Shown here: in pieces, positions 45,987 through 55,295 of the stretch
Numbering within the stretch: position 1 is the first letter of the stretch
Layout: each line of letters starts with the position of its first letter
Virus record (IMG/VR): IMGVR_UViG_3300044816_000082
Location: 26,881 to 90,880 of that record
Origin: a virus
Length of the DNA stretch: 64,000 bases
Direction: 5' to 3' (one strand)
Position numbers and translations under genes: made by a program
Notes under the pieces: model-generated
The model's database searches: none
What the model was told of the DNA's origin: nothing
What the model saw: only the letters and a program-made list of their open reading frames with translations

Positions 45987-48539
45987 GTGGCAAGCCAGAC
46001 CAAGGCCGCGAGCCGCAAGTGCAAGTTCTGCTCCTCTGACGCAAAGGTCGGTGTCGATCCGAAAGCCGATGGCAAGGACCGGGTCCTGACGTGCGTCAAG
46101 CACACCGGCATGGGACGGCGCGTCGCAGGTCCCGGGGCGACCGTCAGCAAGCTCGGGAAGACCGACGGGAAGCACCTCCCCGGGTTGCACGACCAGTCGA
46201 TGCACGCCCACCGTGTCACGATCGTCCACCCTGACGGATCGACGACCCGGTACACCGCGCACGGGAGCGTCACGACCGTTCCCTACACCGCCGGCCCCCC
46301 CGAGGGGCTACGGCAGATGGTCACCGACGCCGGTGGGTTCAAGGCCATGGCCGCGGAGGAACTCGCGGTCCTAGCCCGACAGATCGCGCTGCTCATCACC
46401 GGGAACCTGTCGGGGATGAAAGCAGCGCAGGCATCGGTCACCGACGATCCGCTGACCGCAGCGGTTCTCAAGCGCCTCAACGACCTCCGCGACCAGGATG
46501 TCGACCTCCTCGATGAGGGTGTGTTCAACGCGCTCATCCAGTCGCTGCAGACCGAAATGGTCGACGGGACAGGGGTTGGGGAAGTCAAGTCGATCGGCCC
46601 CGGACAGGTCAGGGCGCTGTTCGAGTACAAGGCGGCGAAGTACACCGAGACGCTGCACCCCCGCGACAAGCACGGCCGGTTCACGTTCCTCGGGGCCCTC
46701 GTCCATGACGCGCAGGGCGGGGGGCACATCGTCGCGCAGGACGGGAAGGGGAAGGTCACCGTACGGGATGCGCACGGCGCTGAGCACACGATCGCGTCGA
46801 AGGCCACCGAGGTCGCCCCCGAGGGTCACGCCCACCACGACAGCCACCTCGGATCCGTGCAGGTCGGGGATCATGTGAAGTCCCGGCAGATGCCCGCGGG
46901 GATGACCGCTGCGCAGGACGCGAGTAAGGGCGACGTCGCCGGCAAGGTCGTCAAGGTCGAACACCACGAGGCGCACGGGAAGGCGCACGTCACCCTTCAC
47001 CTCGAGGACGGATCGACGGTCAAGGGCGGGCATCACGAGCCGGTCGGGGTCAGCGCGGAGAACCTGATGCCCCCGACCAGGCTGGGCAAGACGAAGGTCG
47101 GGGACCTCAAGCAGGGCGACCACGTCCACGTCGCGGGGAAACCCATGCTGATCACGCACCACAGCAAGCGTGAGGACGGGAAGGTCGACGTCGGGATCGC
47201 GGGAGCTGCCCCCTCACCGATCGCGGCTGACCGCGAGTTCGACGCCAGCCGGCCTGGGGAGCGTGCTCGCGCGGTCCATGCCGTCCCGACCGGGTCGCAC
47301 AACTACGACGAGCACGGCAACGACCTGAGCACTCCTGAGGGGTTGCACGCACATCTCGGGACGCACTCTGGCGGGGACGCGGTCCCGAAGTTCGGGAAGG
47401 ACGAGCACGCCGCGTTCGCGCAGATGCACGACCGCGCCCACGCGATCGGCGTCGATGATCACAGTCACCCGGCTGAGCACGCCTCAACGCCCGACGGGGC
47501 ACCCGGTGAGGCTGCGAAGGCCACCGCGAAGCCCTTGCCGCCCGATGCTCTCGGGGCTGGGGGCTACGGGCACACCGAGCAGGCGATGCAAGCGCGTGGG
47601 GACCACCGTGACCATCCGTCGCCTGCCGGGGTCTACGCGGCCGGGGACCCTCGTAACGACCCGACGTACGACGCCTACACCAAAGAGCTCGACGCCAAGA
47701 TCCAGGCCGCGCACGACGCTGGCCTGGACACGGAGTCGATGCACACCCTCGTTGACCCCGTGACGGGTGAACGGAGCTGGTCACCGCAGCGGAAGGCTGA
47801 GCACGACGCGATCGTCAACGAGATCATGACGCAGCACGCGGCGGTCCCGGCCGACAAGCGGGCGGTCATGCTCGGCGGGCTCCCGGGGGCTGGTAAGAGC
47901 ACGTTCCTCCGCGAGCACGGCGACAAACTCGGGCTCACCGTCGATGCGAAGGGGAACCCGACGAACGCGATCGTCGTCAACCCCGACGAGATGAAGAACC
48001 TCCTGCTGTCCCGCAACGACGCTGCCGGGAACCCGATGGTCACCCGTGTCCCCGGGTTGTCAGACGGTGAACACGCATCCCTCATGCACGAGGAGAGCAG
48101 CCACCTCGCGAAGATGCTCCACCGGACCGCCACCGCGCAGGGCAAGAACGTGGTGTACGACATCACCTTGGGGAATGCCCGCAAGGCGCAGGAGAAGTAC
48201 CTGAGCAACGGTGAGGGGACCGGCGCGAAGGACCTCGGCTACGGCGTCCACGCGGCGTTCGTCGACGGTGATATGGCGACGTCGCTGCACCGCGCCGGGC
48301 TCCGCCACAAGGCGCTGAACAAGGACACCGGGCAGCGTACGCACTCGGGGCGGTATGTCCCGTACGGGCACATCATGGCGGAGGGACCACGTCAGGGCGA
48401 TGTGACCAGCGATGGGACCCCCGCGATGAGCCACAACCGGGTTGAGTACGACAAGCTCGTCAAGCAGGGCGCGTTCGACAGCGCGATCCGGATGGACAAC
48501 AAGACCGGGGCGTTCGCCACCGACCACCCCGCTCGCTAA
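45987..48539 (+). CDS. multidomain head-associated protein with C-terminal zeta-toxin-like P-loop kinase
   Basis: MLGGLPGAGKST, VNPDEMK, HEESS, NVVYDITL, GRYVP; HPRDKHGRF motif. Confidence 0.85.
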   Translation: MASQTKAASRKCKFCSSDAKVGVDPKADGKDRVLTCVKHTGMGRRVAGPGATVSKLGKTDGKHLPGLHDQSMHAHRVTIVHPDGSTTRYTAHGSVTTVPYTAGPPEGLRQMVTDAGGFKAMAAEELAVLARQIALLITGNLSGMKAAQASVTDDPLTAAVLKRLNDLRDQDVDLLDEGVFNALIQSLQTEMVDGTGVGEVKSIGPGQVRALFEYKAAKYTETLHPRDKHGRFTFLGALVHDAQGGGHIVAQDGKGKVTVRDAHGAEHTIASKATEVAPEGHAHHDSHLGSVQVGDHVKSRQMPAGMTAAQDASKGDVAGKVVKVEHHEAHGKAHVTLHLEDGSTVKGGHHEPVGVSAENLMPPTRLGKTKVGDLKQGDHVHVAGKPMLITHHSKREDGKVDVGIAGAAPSPIAADREFDASRPGERARAVHAVPTGSHNYDEHGNDLSTPEGLHAHLGTHSGGDAVPKFGKDEHAAFAQMHDRAHAIGVDDHSHPAEHASTPDGAPGEAAKATAKPLPPDALGAGGYGHTEQAMQARGDHRDHPSPAGVYAAGDPRNDPTYDAYTKELDAKIQAAHDAGLDTESMHTLVDPVTGERSWSPQRKAEHDAIVNEIMTQHAAVPADKRAVMLGGLPGAGKSTFLREHGDKLGLTVDAKGNPTNAIVVNPDEMKNLLLSRNDAAGNPMVTRVPGLSDGEHASLMHEESSHLAKMLHRTATAQGKNVVYDITLGNARKAQEKYLSNGEGTGAKDLGYGVHAAFVDGDMATSLHRAGLRHKALNKDTGQRTHSGRYVPYGHIMAEGPRQGDVTSDGTPAMSHNRVEYDKLVKQGAFDSAIRMDNKTGAFATDHPAR

Positions 48540-48553
48540 CCGGGTATACGCTG
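48535..48553 (+). promoter_or_regulatory. early-type promoter motif overlapping the zeta stop codon
   Basis: GCTAACCGGGTATACGCT. Confidence 0.7.
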
Positions 48554-48574
48554 CAGCTAACGGAGAGGGAGGCC

Positions 48575-48946
48575 ATGAGCGCAATCAGCGACGCGGTCGC
48601 GTCCAAGAAGGGGAAGGAGCTCGTCGACTTCCTCGCGACCTACCCGTACGACCCGGTGCCCCGGCGCACGGTGCCGGCCGTCGGCAGCCCCGCGTACGGC
48701 GACTGGTACAACGACGTGGCCGAACCGGGGGGTGGCTACATCCCGAACACCTGGGATGAGGTCGACTACCTGCACGACACCAAGGTGCTCGACAACGACA
48801 CGTACTACGCGGCGCTCAAGGCCCGGACCGCCGGGTGGAAACCGGCCGGCGGTCCCGCGGGGACTGAGGTCGAAGCCGAACCCGGGGAGGGCAAACCCGC
48901 CCCCGACGAGGCGAAGCGGCTCACGTTCGTCCGCCCCCCTGCGTAG
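48575..48946 (+). CDS. small acidic protein, candidate zeta antitoxin
   Basis: Directly downstream of zeta with its own promoter motif; SD GGGAGG. Confidence 0.65.
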   Translation: MSAISDAVASKKGKELVDFLATYPYDPVPRRTVPAVGSPAYGDWYNDVAEPGGGYIPNTWDEVDYLHDTKVLDNDTYYAALKARTAGWKPAGGPAGTEVEAEPGEGKPAPDEAKRLTFVRPPA

Positions 48947-48950
48947 CGGT

Positions 48951-48981
48951 CGCGACGTTGCGCCACGCGCGGTCGTAGCCT
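48951..48981 (+). promoter_or_regulatory. late-type promoter, leaderless
   Basis: CGCGAC-N19-TAGCCT-N7-ATG. Confidence 0.75.
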
Positions 48982-48988
48982 GCGCCGC

Positions 48989-51900
48989 ATGACGACGGCA
49001 ATCGCGGAAGCCTTCCACAAGGCACAACGCGCACCGGGTAGCCCTGAGGACATCACGTACAAGGTCGCGAGCAGGGCCGTCGCCGGGATCCTCACCGGAT
49101 CCGAGGATGGCGTCGTTGAGGCACTCGTGTCGGTTACCGGCATCCCCGACGAGGTCGATGACGTCATCGTCCCCGGCGCCTACGTCCCGAGCCTCAAGGT
49201 CCGCACCCCCAAGGGGGTGTGGAGCCACGACTGGGACGTGTGGGTATCCCGCACGGAGGGCATCGCTGAGCTCATGCCCGGCGACGGGCGGATCCCCGAG
49301 CTCGACCGCAGGGGCAACCCTTGGCCGGCTGAGGCCGGGGCGCTATGGGTCAAGACCCGGTTCAACCTCGGGACCGTCGCCGGGCGCGATGCGTACAGCA
49401 ATGTCCTGTTCTTCGGTGACGAGGTCGAGTGGTGCGTTGATGAGGACACGGAGATCCTCACCGCGCGGGGGTGGCTGCGCTACGACCAGCTCACCACGGA
49501 CGACCACGCCTACGCGCTCGACACCGAGACGCTGACGTCCCGGTTCGAGCCCGTGCAGGCCGTGAACGTCTGGCCCGCCAAGCAGCGCACCTTGCGGCAC
49601 ATCGAGACAGGCGGGTTCTCGTCCCTCACAACCGCTGCGCATCGCTGGCCGACCGTGCAGGTGCGGGACCGTCACGGGGCGGTCCGGTGGCGCACGACCG
49701 AGCAGCTCCGTGCATGGGACAGCCTGTTCCGCTGCGCTCCCCACTTCGAGGCGCCGACCGAGGCTAAGTGGTCGGACGGGCTCGTCGAACTCGTGGCGTG
49801 GGTGTGGTGTGAGGGCTGGCGCGCCGCCGACACCCTGTTCATCGGGCAGTCACACGCGGTGAACCCCGAGAAGGTCGGAGCGATCCGGCGCGCGCTCGCC
49901 ACGACCTTCCCGGGCGCGTGGAGTGACGGCACCGCCGATGGGGGCATGACGCGGTTCCGGCTGCACAAGGCCGCGGCCGCTGTCATCGAAGGCTGCATCG
50001 GCCCCGACAAGGAACCGACCCCTGAGTTCCTGCTCGCCCTCACCCCCGCGCAACTACGTCTGCTCGTTGAGCGCTGCCTCGACGGCGACGGAACCCGCAC
50101 CCCGTCTGGACAGCGCACGTGGTCGCAGGTCGCACAGGCCGGGGTCGACGCCTTCCAGATGGCGTGCGCCCTTGGCGGCATCCCGACGCAGACGCATCCC
50201 GGCAAGGACTACGGCAACAGGTTCGGTCGCGCCCCGCAGACCGTAGGACTACTCCGCAAGGGCGTCACGGCGCCGCTCGCGAGCATCGCGACGAAGTCGT
50301 ACGGCTACAAGCCCGGCCCGGCCAAGACCCCCGCGATCGACCAGCTCGTCACGCACGAGGGCATCGTGTGGTGCCCAACGACCCCGAGCGGAACGTGGCT
50401 CGCCCGCCGCAACGGGTCGGTGTACTTCACCGGCAACTCCGTCGGGTACAACGTGCCGTCCGGCAAGAGCCGGAAGGTCAACGGCAAGCGCCTGATCTAC
50501 TACATGGACACCTTCGAGTATTGCCCGGTGCTGTTCGGGGCAGCGCCGTTGTCCGGGACCGTCGCGCTCGGGGAACGTAAGCGGCGCGCTGGGGAACAGA
50601 CCCTCGATGTGCAGCTCGCGCTCGAGGGGAAGAACCTCGCGGACAACCTCGACCTCGAGGGCAAGAGCAAAACCGGGGTCGATACCCACCCGGTCGGTGC
50701 CGAACGTCTCGCGGAGTATTGGGAGCACGGCGAGGGCGCCGCGAAGATCGCATGGGGGACCGATGGGGACCTCATGCGCTGCGTAGACCTCGTCGTCGAG
50801 CACGCCCACATGACGCCGGAAAAGGCGAAGGGTTACTGCTTCGCGGGTGAGACGGAGATCCTGACGCGCGATGGGATCGTCTCGCTCGGGGAGTCTGCTG
50901 GCACGGACGTGTGGGTGCTGACGGCCCCTGACCCGACAGGTCCCCACTCGCAGCCCGTCCGGCGCGACGGCCGATGGGTGCAGGCTGAGGTCCACGACTT
51001 CGGCGAGCAGCCCGTGCTCAGCGTCACACTCCGTCGGGGCAAGCAGCGGCAGACGATCCGAGCGACCGCTGAGCACACATGGTTCGCCTCCCCCGACTCC
51101 AAGAGCCGACGACGGCTCGCGGTTCAGGCCGTGCAGACCGCCGACTTGCGACCCGGTATGTCCCTCGCCGCGCTGCTGCCGAAGGCACCTACATCGGACC
51201 GGGTCGTCTCGCCCTTCGGGGTCGCGGCAGGGGCCGTGTTCGGAGACGGGCACACCGTGCCGGGTCAGGGCGCGCAGATCGACCTGTGGGGGGACAAGGA
51301 CGCGGAGCTGCTGCGCTACTTCGACGGCTGCAGCCAGTCGCCGCGCAAGACCAGCAACGGGGTTCCCGGTGTCCGCGTCCGGGGCATCCCCGCCTCGTTC
51401 AAGGCTGCCCCTCGCATGGACGAGGGAGCGGCCTACCTGCTCGGGTGGCTCGCCGGGTATGTGGCCGCCGACGGCACCGTCAGCGAGCTCGGAGTTGTCT
51501 CGCTGTCCTCTGCGCGTCACGAGAACCTGCTGCTCGCCAAGAAGATCGCGGACCGTCTCGGGATTGCCACGGGGCAGATCGGCACCCGTCAGCGGGTGGG
51601 GCTCGGTGACGTACCCACCGACCTGCACAAGATGACGTTCCTGACCGCGACGGTCCCGCCGCAGATGCTCGTGTTGTCCGAGCACAGACGCCGGTTCGAC
51701 GCCGCTCGGGCACGTGCGGGCAAGGAGACGCTGCCCGTCCGATGGGTCGTGGAGTCCGTCGAGGACCTAGGCGAGGTCGAGCGCGTCTACTGCGCCGTCG
51801 TCCCCGACACAGAGACGTTCGCTCTCGCGGACTACCTGTGGGTCCACAACTGCGCGCTGCGCCACCGTGGCGCAACGGGAGGCTGGCCCGGCCACGCCCC

Positions 51901-52675
51901 CGCCGAGGAGGCCGAAGCGGCCGCCAAGAAGGGAAGCAAGATCATGGGCACCGAGACCGAGACGAACGACACCGGGACCACGATCGAGGTCAAGGCGTAC
52001 GGGGTGATCCCGGGGAGCAGGGAAGCGCTCGACGAGGCGCTGCGGGGTGCGTTGGAGGACGCGTTGCTCCCGGAACCTGTCGAGTCCGAGGGTGGGATGA
52101 CGAGCAGGCAGGGGTACCTGAGCATCGACGGGACGTTCCCCGACCACGTGATCTGCACCGTCACCGACTACAGCGACGGGGACAACGACAAGCAGTCCTG
52201 GTCGGTGCCGTACACGATCACCGGGGACGTCGACGGTGATGATGACGATGTGACGCTCGGGGAACCCTCTCCCGTCGAGTTGCAGATCGTTGTCCTGCCC
52301 GACGTCGACAGGGCCGCAGACGACGATGATGAGCAGGTCCCACCGGAGGTCGTGGACGGCGCGAACTTGGCGATGAAGACCCTCGGGGTCTTCCTCGGCA
52401 CGTTGGAGGCGAAAGCGGTGTCGGCCGTCCCGATCGATGACGACAGTGGCGGCAAGGACGCGCAGGACGGCCCGCCCCAACCGAACCCGGTTGCGGGGCA
52501 CCTGATCCGTCGCCTTCGGCTCGCTCACGCGCACCTCGGGAGCGCCCTGGCGAGCATGGGGGTGAGCCCGAACCCGGTCACGATCGGGACCGACGCCAAG
52601 CAGCACCCCGCCGCGGGTGCTGACGAGGACGACGTCGAGCTGCTCCTGACCCGCGCAGCAGCCCTCAACATCTGA
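48989..52675 (+). CDS. HK97-type prohead protease with C-terminal extensions and two inteins
   Basis: VEALVSVTG..D...DVI.PGA, WSHDW, W-SVGY after splicing, EYCPVLFGA. Confidence 0.88.
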   Translation: MTTAIAEAFHKAQRAPGSPEDITYKVASRAVAGILTGSEDGVVEALVSVTGIPDEVDDVIVPGAYVPSLKVRTPKGVWSHDWDVWVSRTEGIAELMPGDGRIPELDRRGNPWPAEAGALWVKTRFNLGTVAGRDAYSNVLFFGDEVEWCVDEDTEILTARGWLRYDQLTTDDHAYALDTETLTSRFEPVQAVNVWPAKQRTLRHIETGGFSSLTTAAHRWPTVQVRDRHGAVRWRTTEQLRAWDSLFRCAPHFEAPTEAKWSDGLVELVAWVWCEGWRAADTLFIGQSHAVNPEKVGAIRRALATTFPGAWSDGTADGGMTRFRLHKAAAAVIEGCIGPDKEPTPEFLLALTPAQLRLLVERCLDGDGTRTPSGQRTWSQVAQAGVDAFQMACALGGIPTQTHPGKDYGNRFGRAPQTVGLLRKGVTAPLASIATKSYGYKPGPAKTPAIDQLVTHEGIVWCPTTPSGTWLARRNGSVYFTGNSVGYNVPSGKSRKVNGKRLIYYMDTFEYCPVLFGAAPLSGTVALGERKRRAGEQTLDVQLALEGKNLADNLDLEGKSKTGVDTHPVGAERLAEYWEHGEGAAKIAWGTDGDLMRCVDLVVEHAHMTPEKAKGYCFAGETEILTRDGIVSLGESAGTDVWVLTAPDPTGPHSQPVRRDGRWVQAEVHDFGEQPVLSVTLRRGKQRQTIRATAEHTWFASPDSKSRRRLAVQAVQTADLRPGMSLAALLPKAPTSDRVVSPFGVAAGAVFGDGHTVPGQGAQIDLWGDKDAELLRYFDGCSQSPRKTSNGVPGVRVRGIPASFKAAPRMDEGAAYLLGWLAGYVAADGTVSELGVVSLSSARHENLLLAKKIADRLGIATGQIGTRQRVGLGDVPTDLHKMTFLTATVPPQMLVLSEHRRRFDAARARAGKETLPVRWVVESVEDLGEVERVYCAVVPDTETFALADYLWVHNCALRHRGATGGWPGHAPAEEAEAAAKKGSKIMGTETETNDTGTTIEVKAYGVIPGSREALDEALRGALEDALLPEPVESEGGMTSRQGYLSIDGTFPDHVICTVTDYSDGDNDKQSWSVPYTITGDVDGDDDDVTLGEPSPVELQIVVLPDVDRAADDDDEQVPPEVVDGANLAMKTLGVFLGTLEAKAVSAVPIDDDSGGKDAQDGPPQPNPVAGHLIRRLRLAHAHLGSALASMGVSPNPVTIGTDAKQHPAAGADEDDVELLLTRAAALNI
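49433..50437 (+). mobile_element. intein 1 (335 aa, LAGLIDADG-type) immediately before the protease Ser
   Basis: CVDEDTEILT.RGW, TTAAHRW, CLDGDG, VWCPTT, ends TGN followed by Ser. Confidence 0.9.
50837..51850 (+). mobile_element. intein 2 (338 aa, LAGLIDADG-type)
   Basis: CFAGETEILTRDG, ATAEHTW, VFGDG, LAGYVAADG, VYCAVV, ends VHN followed by Cys. Confidence 0.92.
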
Positions 52676-52681
52676 CCCGCC

Positions 52682-52712
52682 CGCGACGTAACCGTATCTA
52701 CGCCACTACCGT
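52682..52712 (+). promoter_or_regulatory. late-type promoter, leaderless
   Basis: CGCGAC-N19-TACCGT-N7-ATG. Confidence 0.75.
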
Positions 52713-52819
52713 CCCGGGCATGGCGAATGTGACGGTCACGATCAGCAACCCGCTCACAGCAGCTCAGGCTGCGTCGCTCGGGATGCCCGGGGTGGCGGTG
52801 AACCCCGGGGACGTCGTGA
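52706..52819 (+). repeat. left arm of perfect 114-bp inverted repeat
   Basis: Exact reverse complement of 55815-55928. Confidence 0.95.
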
Positions 52820-53304
52820 CGCTCCCGGACACGGTCGCCGCGCACCTCGTCAGCATCGGCTACGCGAGCCTCGGCGTCCCGAGCGGATACCCCATCCCCC
52901 CGCCGACCCCACGCGTCACGCTCGACGAGGCGATCATGACCAACTCGGTCAGCACGACCTCGACAGCAGGGATTCCGATACCCGGCTTTGAGGTCAGCTC
53001 ACTGTTCGACGGCGTGACACCCGCCCGCCTGATCCTCGACTGCATGTTGTCCAACTCCGTCGCCGGCGTCCTCGGTTACGTGTTCATTCAGGAGAACGGG
53101 TCCAACATCGCAGTCGCGTCAACGACGCTCGGACCGGCCAACCAGATCAGCTCCTGCCACCGCGAGGTGTCACTCACCGGGTCTGAGCGGATGCCCTCGG
53201 CGGGCTACCACACCTACACGACGGTCCTGGTCGTTGCGACAGGGACGGGGACGATTTACAACGCGTTCGTCGAGCAGAGCATCCTGAGACTGGAGACGGC
53301 GTAA
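52720..53304 (+). CDS. putative virion decoration/adaptor protein A
   Basis: First 33 aa identical to 55288-55914; beta-rich C-terminus. Confidence 0.7.
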   Translation: MANVTVTISNPLTAAQAASLGMPGVAVNPGDVVTLPDTVAAHLVSIGYASLGVPSGYPIPPPTPRVTLDEAIMTNSVSTTSTAGIPIPGFEVSSLFDGVTPARLILDCMLSNSVAGVLGYVFIQENGSNIAVASTTLGPANQISSCHREVSLTGSERMPSAGYHTYTTVLVVATGTGTIYNAFVEQSILRLETA

Positions 53305-54071
53305 TGGTCCACGTTAAGACGACGACAGGCCAGGGTGCGTACGGCACCGAGGCTTTCACGATGGCCGTGCGGAGCGACTACAACCCTGCCCTACGGGCCA
53401 AGAGGGCGGTGTTGTACTGCCACGGTGGGAACGGGACCGCCTACCAGGGGGTTCGCGAGGGAGCGACCTTCCCGAGCACCAACCAGCTCATGCGGGCGAT
53501 CGTCATGGCCGGCTACCCGGTCTTCGCCGCCGACATGGGCGGGACCGCGTTCGGGAACGACGCCACCTTGGCAGCGATGTCCGCCTACTACGACATCGTG
53601 ATGACCTTCGGTGTGGGCAATCCCGGAGGCAAGGCCGGTGGGGTCTTCATCGTCGGGCACAGCATGGGTGGTCTGACCGCTCTCAACTTCGCGCGGGCCA
53701 ACAAGGCGAAGGTCGCGGGCTGCGTCCTGCTCCAGCCCCTGATGAACGTGCAGGACGTGAAGTCCCGCAACGTCCTCGGTCTCGCCTCGACCGTCGACGC
53801 TGCCTACGGCGGGGCCTACAACAACGGCACGCACGGCCTGACCCACAATCCGTTCGTGTACGCCGGGGCCGACCTGGCATCGGGGGTCGATGCGCAGGTG
53901 TGGTACTCCTCCGACGACGCGACGGTGATCCCCGCGAGCACCGTTACCCCGGTCTTGGCTGCGATGGGATCGCACGCCGAGGCGCACCCGATGCCCGGTG
54001 CGCACGCCGATGCATTCATCGGAGGCGTCAACCCCGCCGCGGTCCTTACGTGGATGGCTGCGCGTAACTAG
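53304..54071 (+). CDS. alpha/beta hydrolase (esterase)
   Basis: LYCHGG, GHSMGG nucleophile elbow, late Asp and His. Confidence 0.85.
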   Translation: MVHVKTTTGQGAYGTEAFTMAVRSDYNPALRAKRAVLYCHGGNGTAYQGVREGATFPSTNQLMRAIVMAGYPVFAADMGGTAFGNDATLAAMSAYYDIVMTFGVGNPGGKAGGVFIVGHSMGGLTALNFARANKAKVAGCVLLQPLMNVQDVKSRNVLGLASTVDAAYGGAYNNGTHGLTHNPFVYAGADLASGVDAQVWYSSDDATVIPASTVTPVLAAMGSHAEAHPMPGAHADAFIGGVNPAAVLTWMAARN

Positions 54072-54095
54072 CGGACGGTCAAGAGGCGAGGTCGC

Positions 54096-55295
54096 CTAGT
54101 TCCTAACGGGGTACCCGGTGGAGTAGGTGTAGGCGATCCCTTGGCCCTGACTGTCATCGGCGTAACCACCGGCGACTGCATTGGCCACCGCTGCTGCGTA
54201 GTTGCGCGGGTAGTCGCTCCCGTCGAAGTAGTGGTGCGCCTCGTACAGGAAGTTGCTGGCGCTGTCGGTGATCCAGGGGTTGCCGTTCACCGCTGCCCAG
54301 TTGTAGGCGCTGCCGTAGTCCCCGCCCCCGCCACCCGCAACCATGATCTTCTTCGTGTCGCTGTTGGCCCGGATGGCGGTCACTGCCGCCTGCGATGCTG
54401 CTTGCCAAGCGGCGACGGACGCGGACGCGGGCTCGTTCATGAGGTCGTAGGCCAGGACGCTCTGGTTGGTCTTCCAATGCGCGCTCAACCGGGACCACAG
54501 GTCAGCGAAGGCAGCGGTGGTCACCGTCCCGGTCCCGAGGGGTGTCGAGACACCCACCGATCCGTTGTCCAAGAAGTAGGTACCGAAGTTGTGGATGTCG
54601 GGGATGACCGCCAGTCCGGCGGCGCCGGCCGCTGCGATGGCCGCGTCGATCCTCGCCATCTCGGTCGTGTCCAGCGGCCCACCGAGGACCCGCTGCACCC
54701 GTTCCCAGCGCATCGGGAGCCGGATCAGGTCGACACCACGTGAGGCTAGGAAGTCGAAGCTGGCCCTTCGACCGTAACTCCACTGATGGGCGTAACGGTC
54801 GGTCGCGTCGTACGGGCCGTCCAGGCCGAAGGTCCAACCGGGTCGTTCGCGGACGTTGCTCGCCGGGTCTGTCACTCCTGCTGCGGCGTTCAACTTCAGC
54901 GCCAGCGGGTACTCGCCGCCGATGTAGTTCACGCCGGTCCGGATCCGTTTGGTCGGGGTGCTGAGGTGCTTCTCCAGTTGCGCTGCCTGCGCTGCTGCCT
55001 GCGCCAGCGGCGCAGCGGTCGTCGACCCGTTCGCTGCTACGTATGCCGGGAGCCCCGGTACCCATGCCGGGTCACCGAACGTGTCCCCCACCCCGAAGTA
55101 CGTCACCCACAGCCCAGCGGCATCGCACGCTGACAGGAACGATTCCCCGAGCAGGTTCCACTTGGCCGCGTCCGGACCGTTGGGCCAGCCTGCTTCCCCG
55201 ATGTAGCCACCTGTGATCCCGTGCGCCGACAGCCAAGAGGTGAACACTCCTAGCTGGCTCAGGGTCCTTACTCCAAGGGCGTCCATCTCAGGCAC
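54096..55295 (-). CDS. circularly permuted GH5-like glycoside hydrolase
   Basis: GVN, IRLPMRWER, DIHNF, LMNEP, YEAHHYFD; nucleophile motif YIGEAG lies at the N-terminus. Confidence 0.82.
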   Translation of the reverse strand: MPEMDALGVRTLSQLGVFTSWLSAHGITGGYIGEAGWPNGPDAAKWNLLGESFLSACDAAGLWVTYFGVGDTFGDPAWVPGLPAYVAANGSTTAAPLAQAAAQAAQLEKHLSTPTKRIRTGVNYIGGEYPLALKLNAAAGVTDPASNVRERPGWTFGLDGPYDATDRYAHQWSYGRRASFDFLASRGVDLIRLPMRWERVQRVLGGPLDTTEMARIDAAIAAAGAAGLAVIPDIHNFGTYFLDNGSVGVSTPLGTGTVTTAAFADLWSRLSAHWKTNQSVLAYDLMNEPASASVAAWQAASQAAVTAIRANSDTKKIMVAGGGGGDYGSAYNWAAVNGNPWITDSASNFLYEAHHYFDGSDYPRNYAAAVANAVAGGYADDSQGQGIAYTYSTGYPVRN

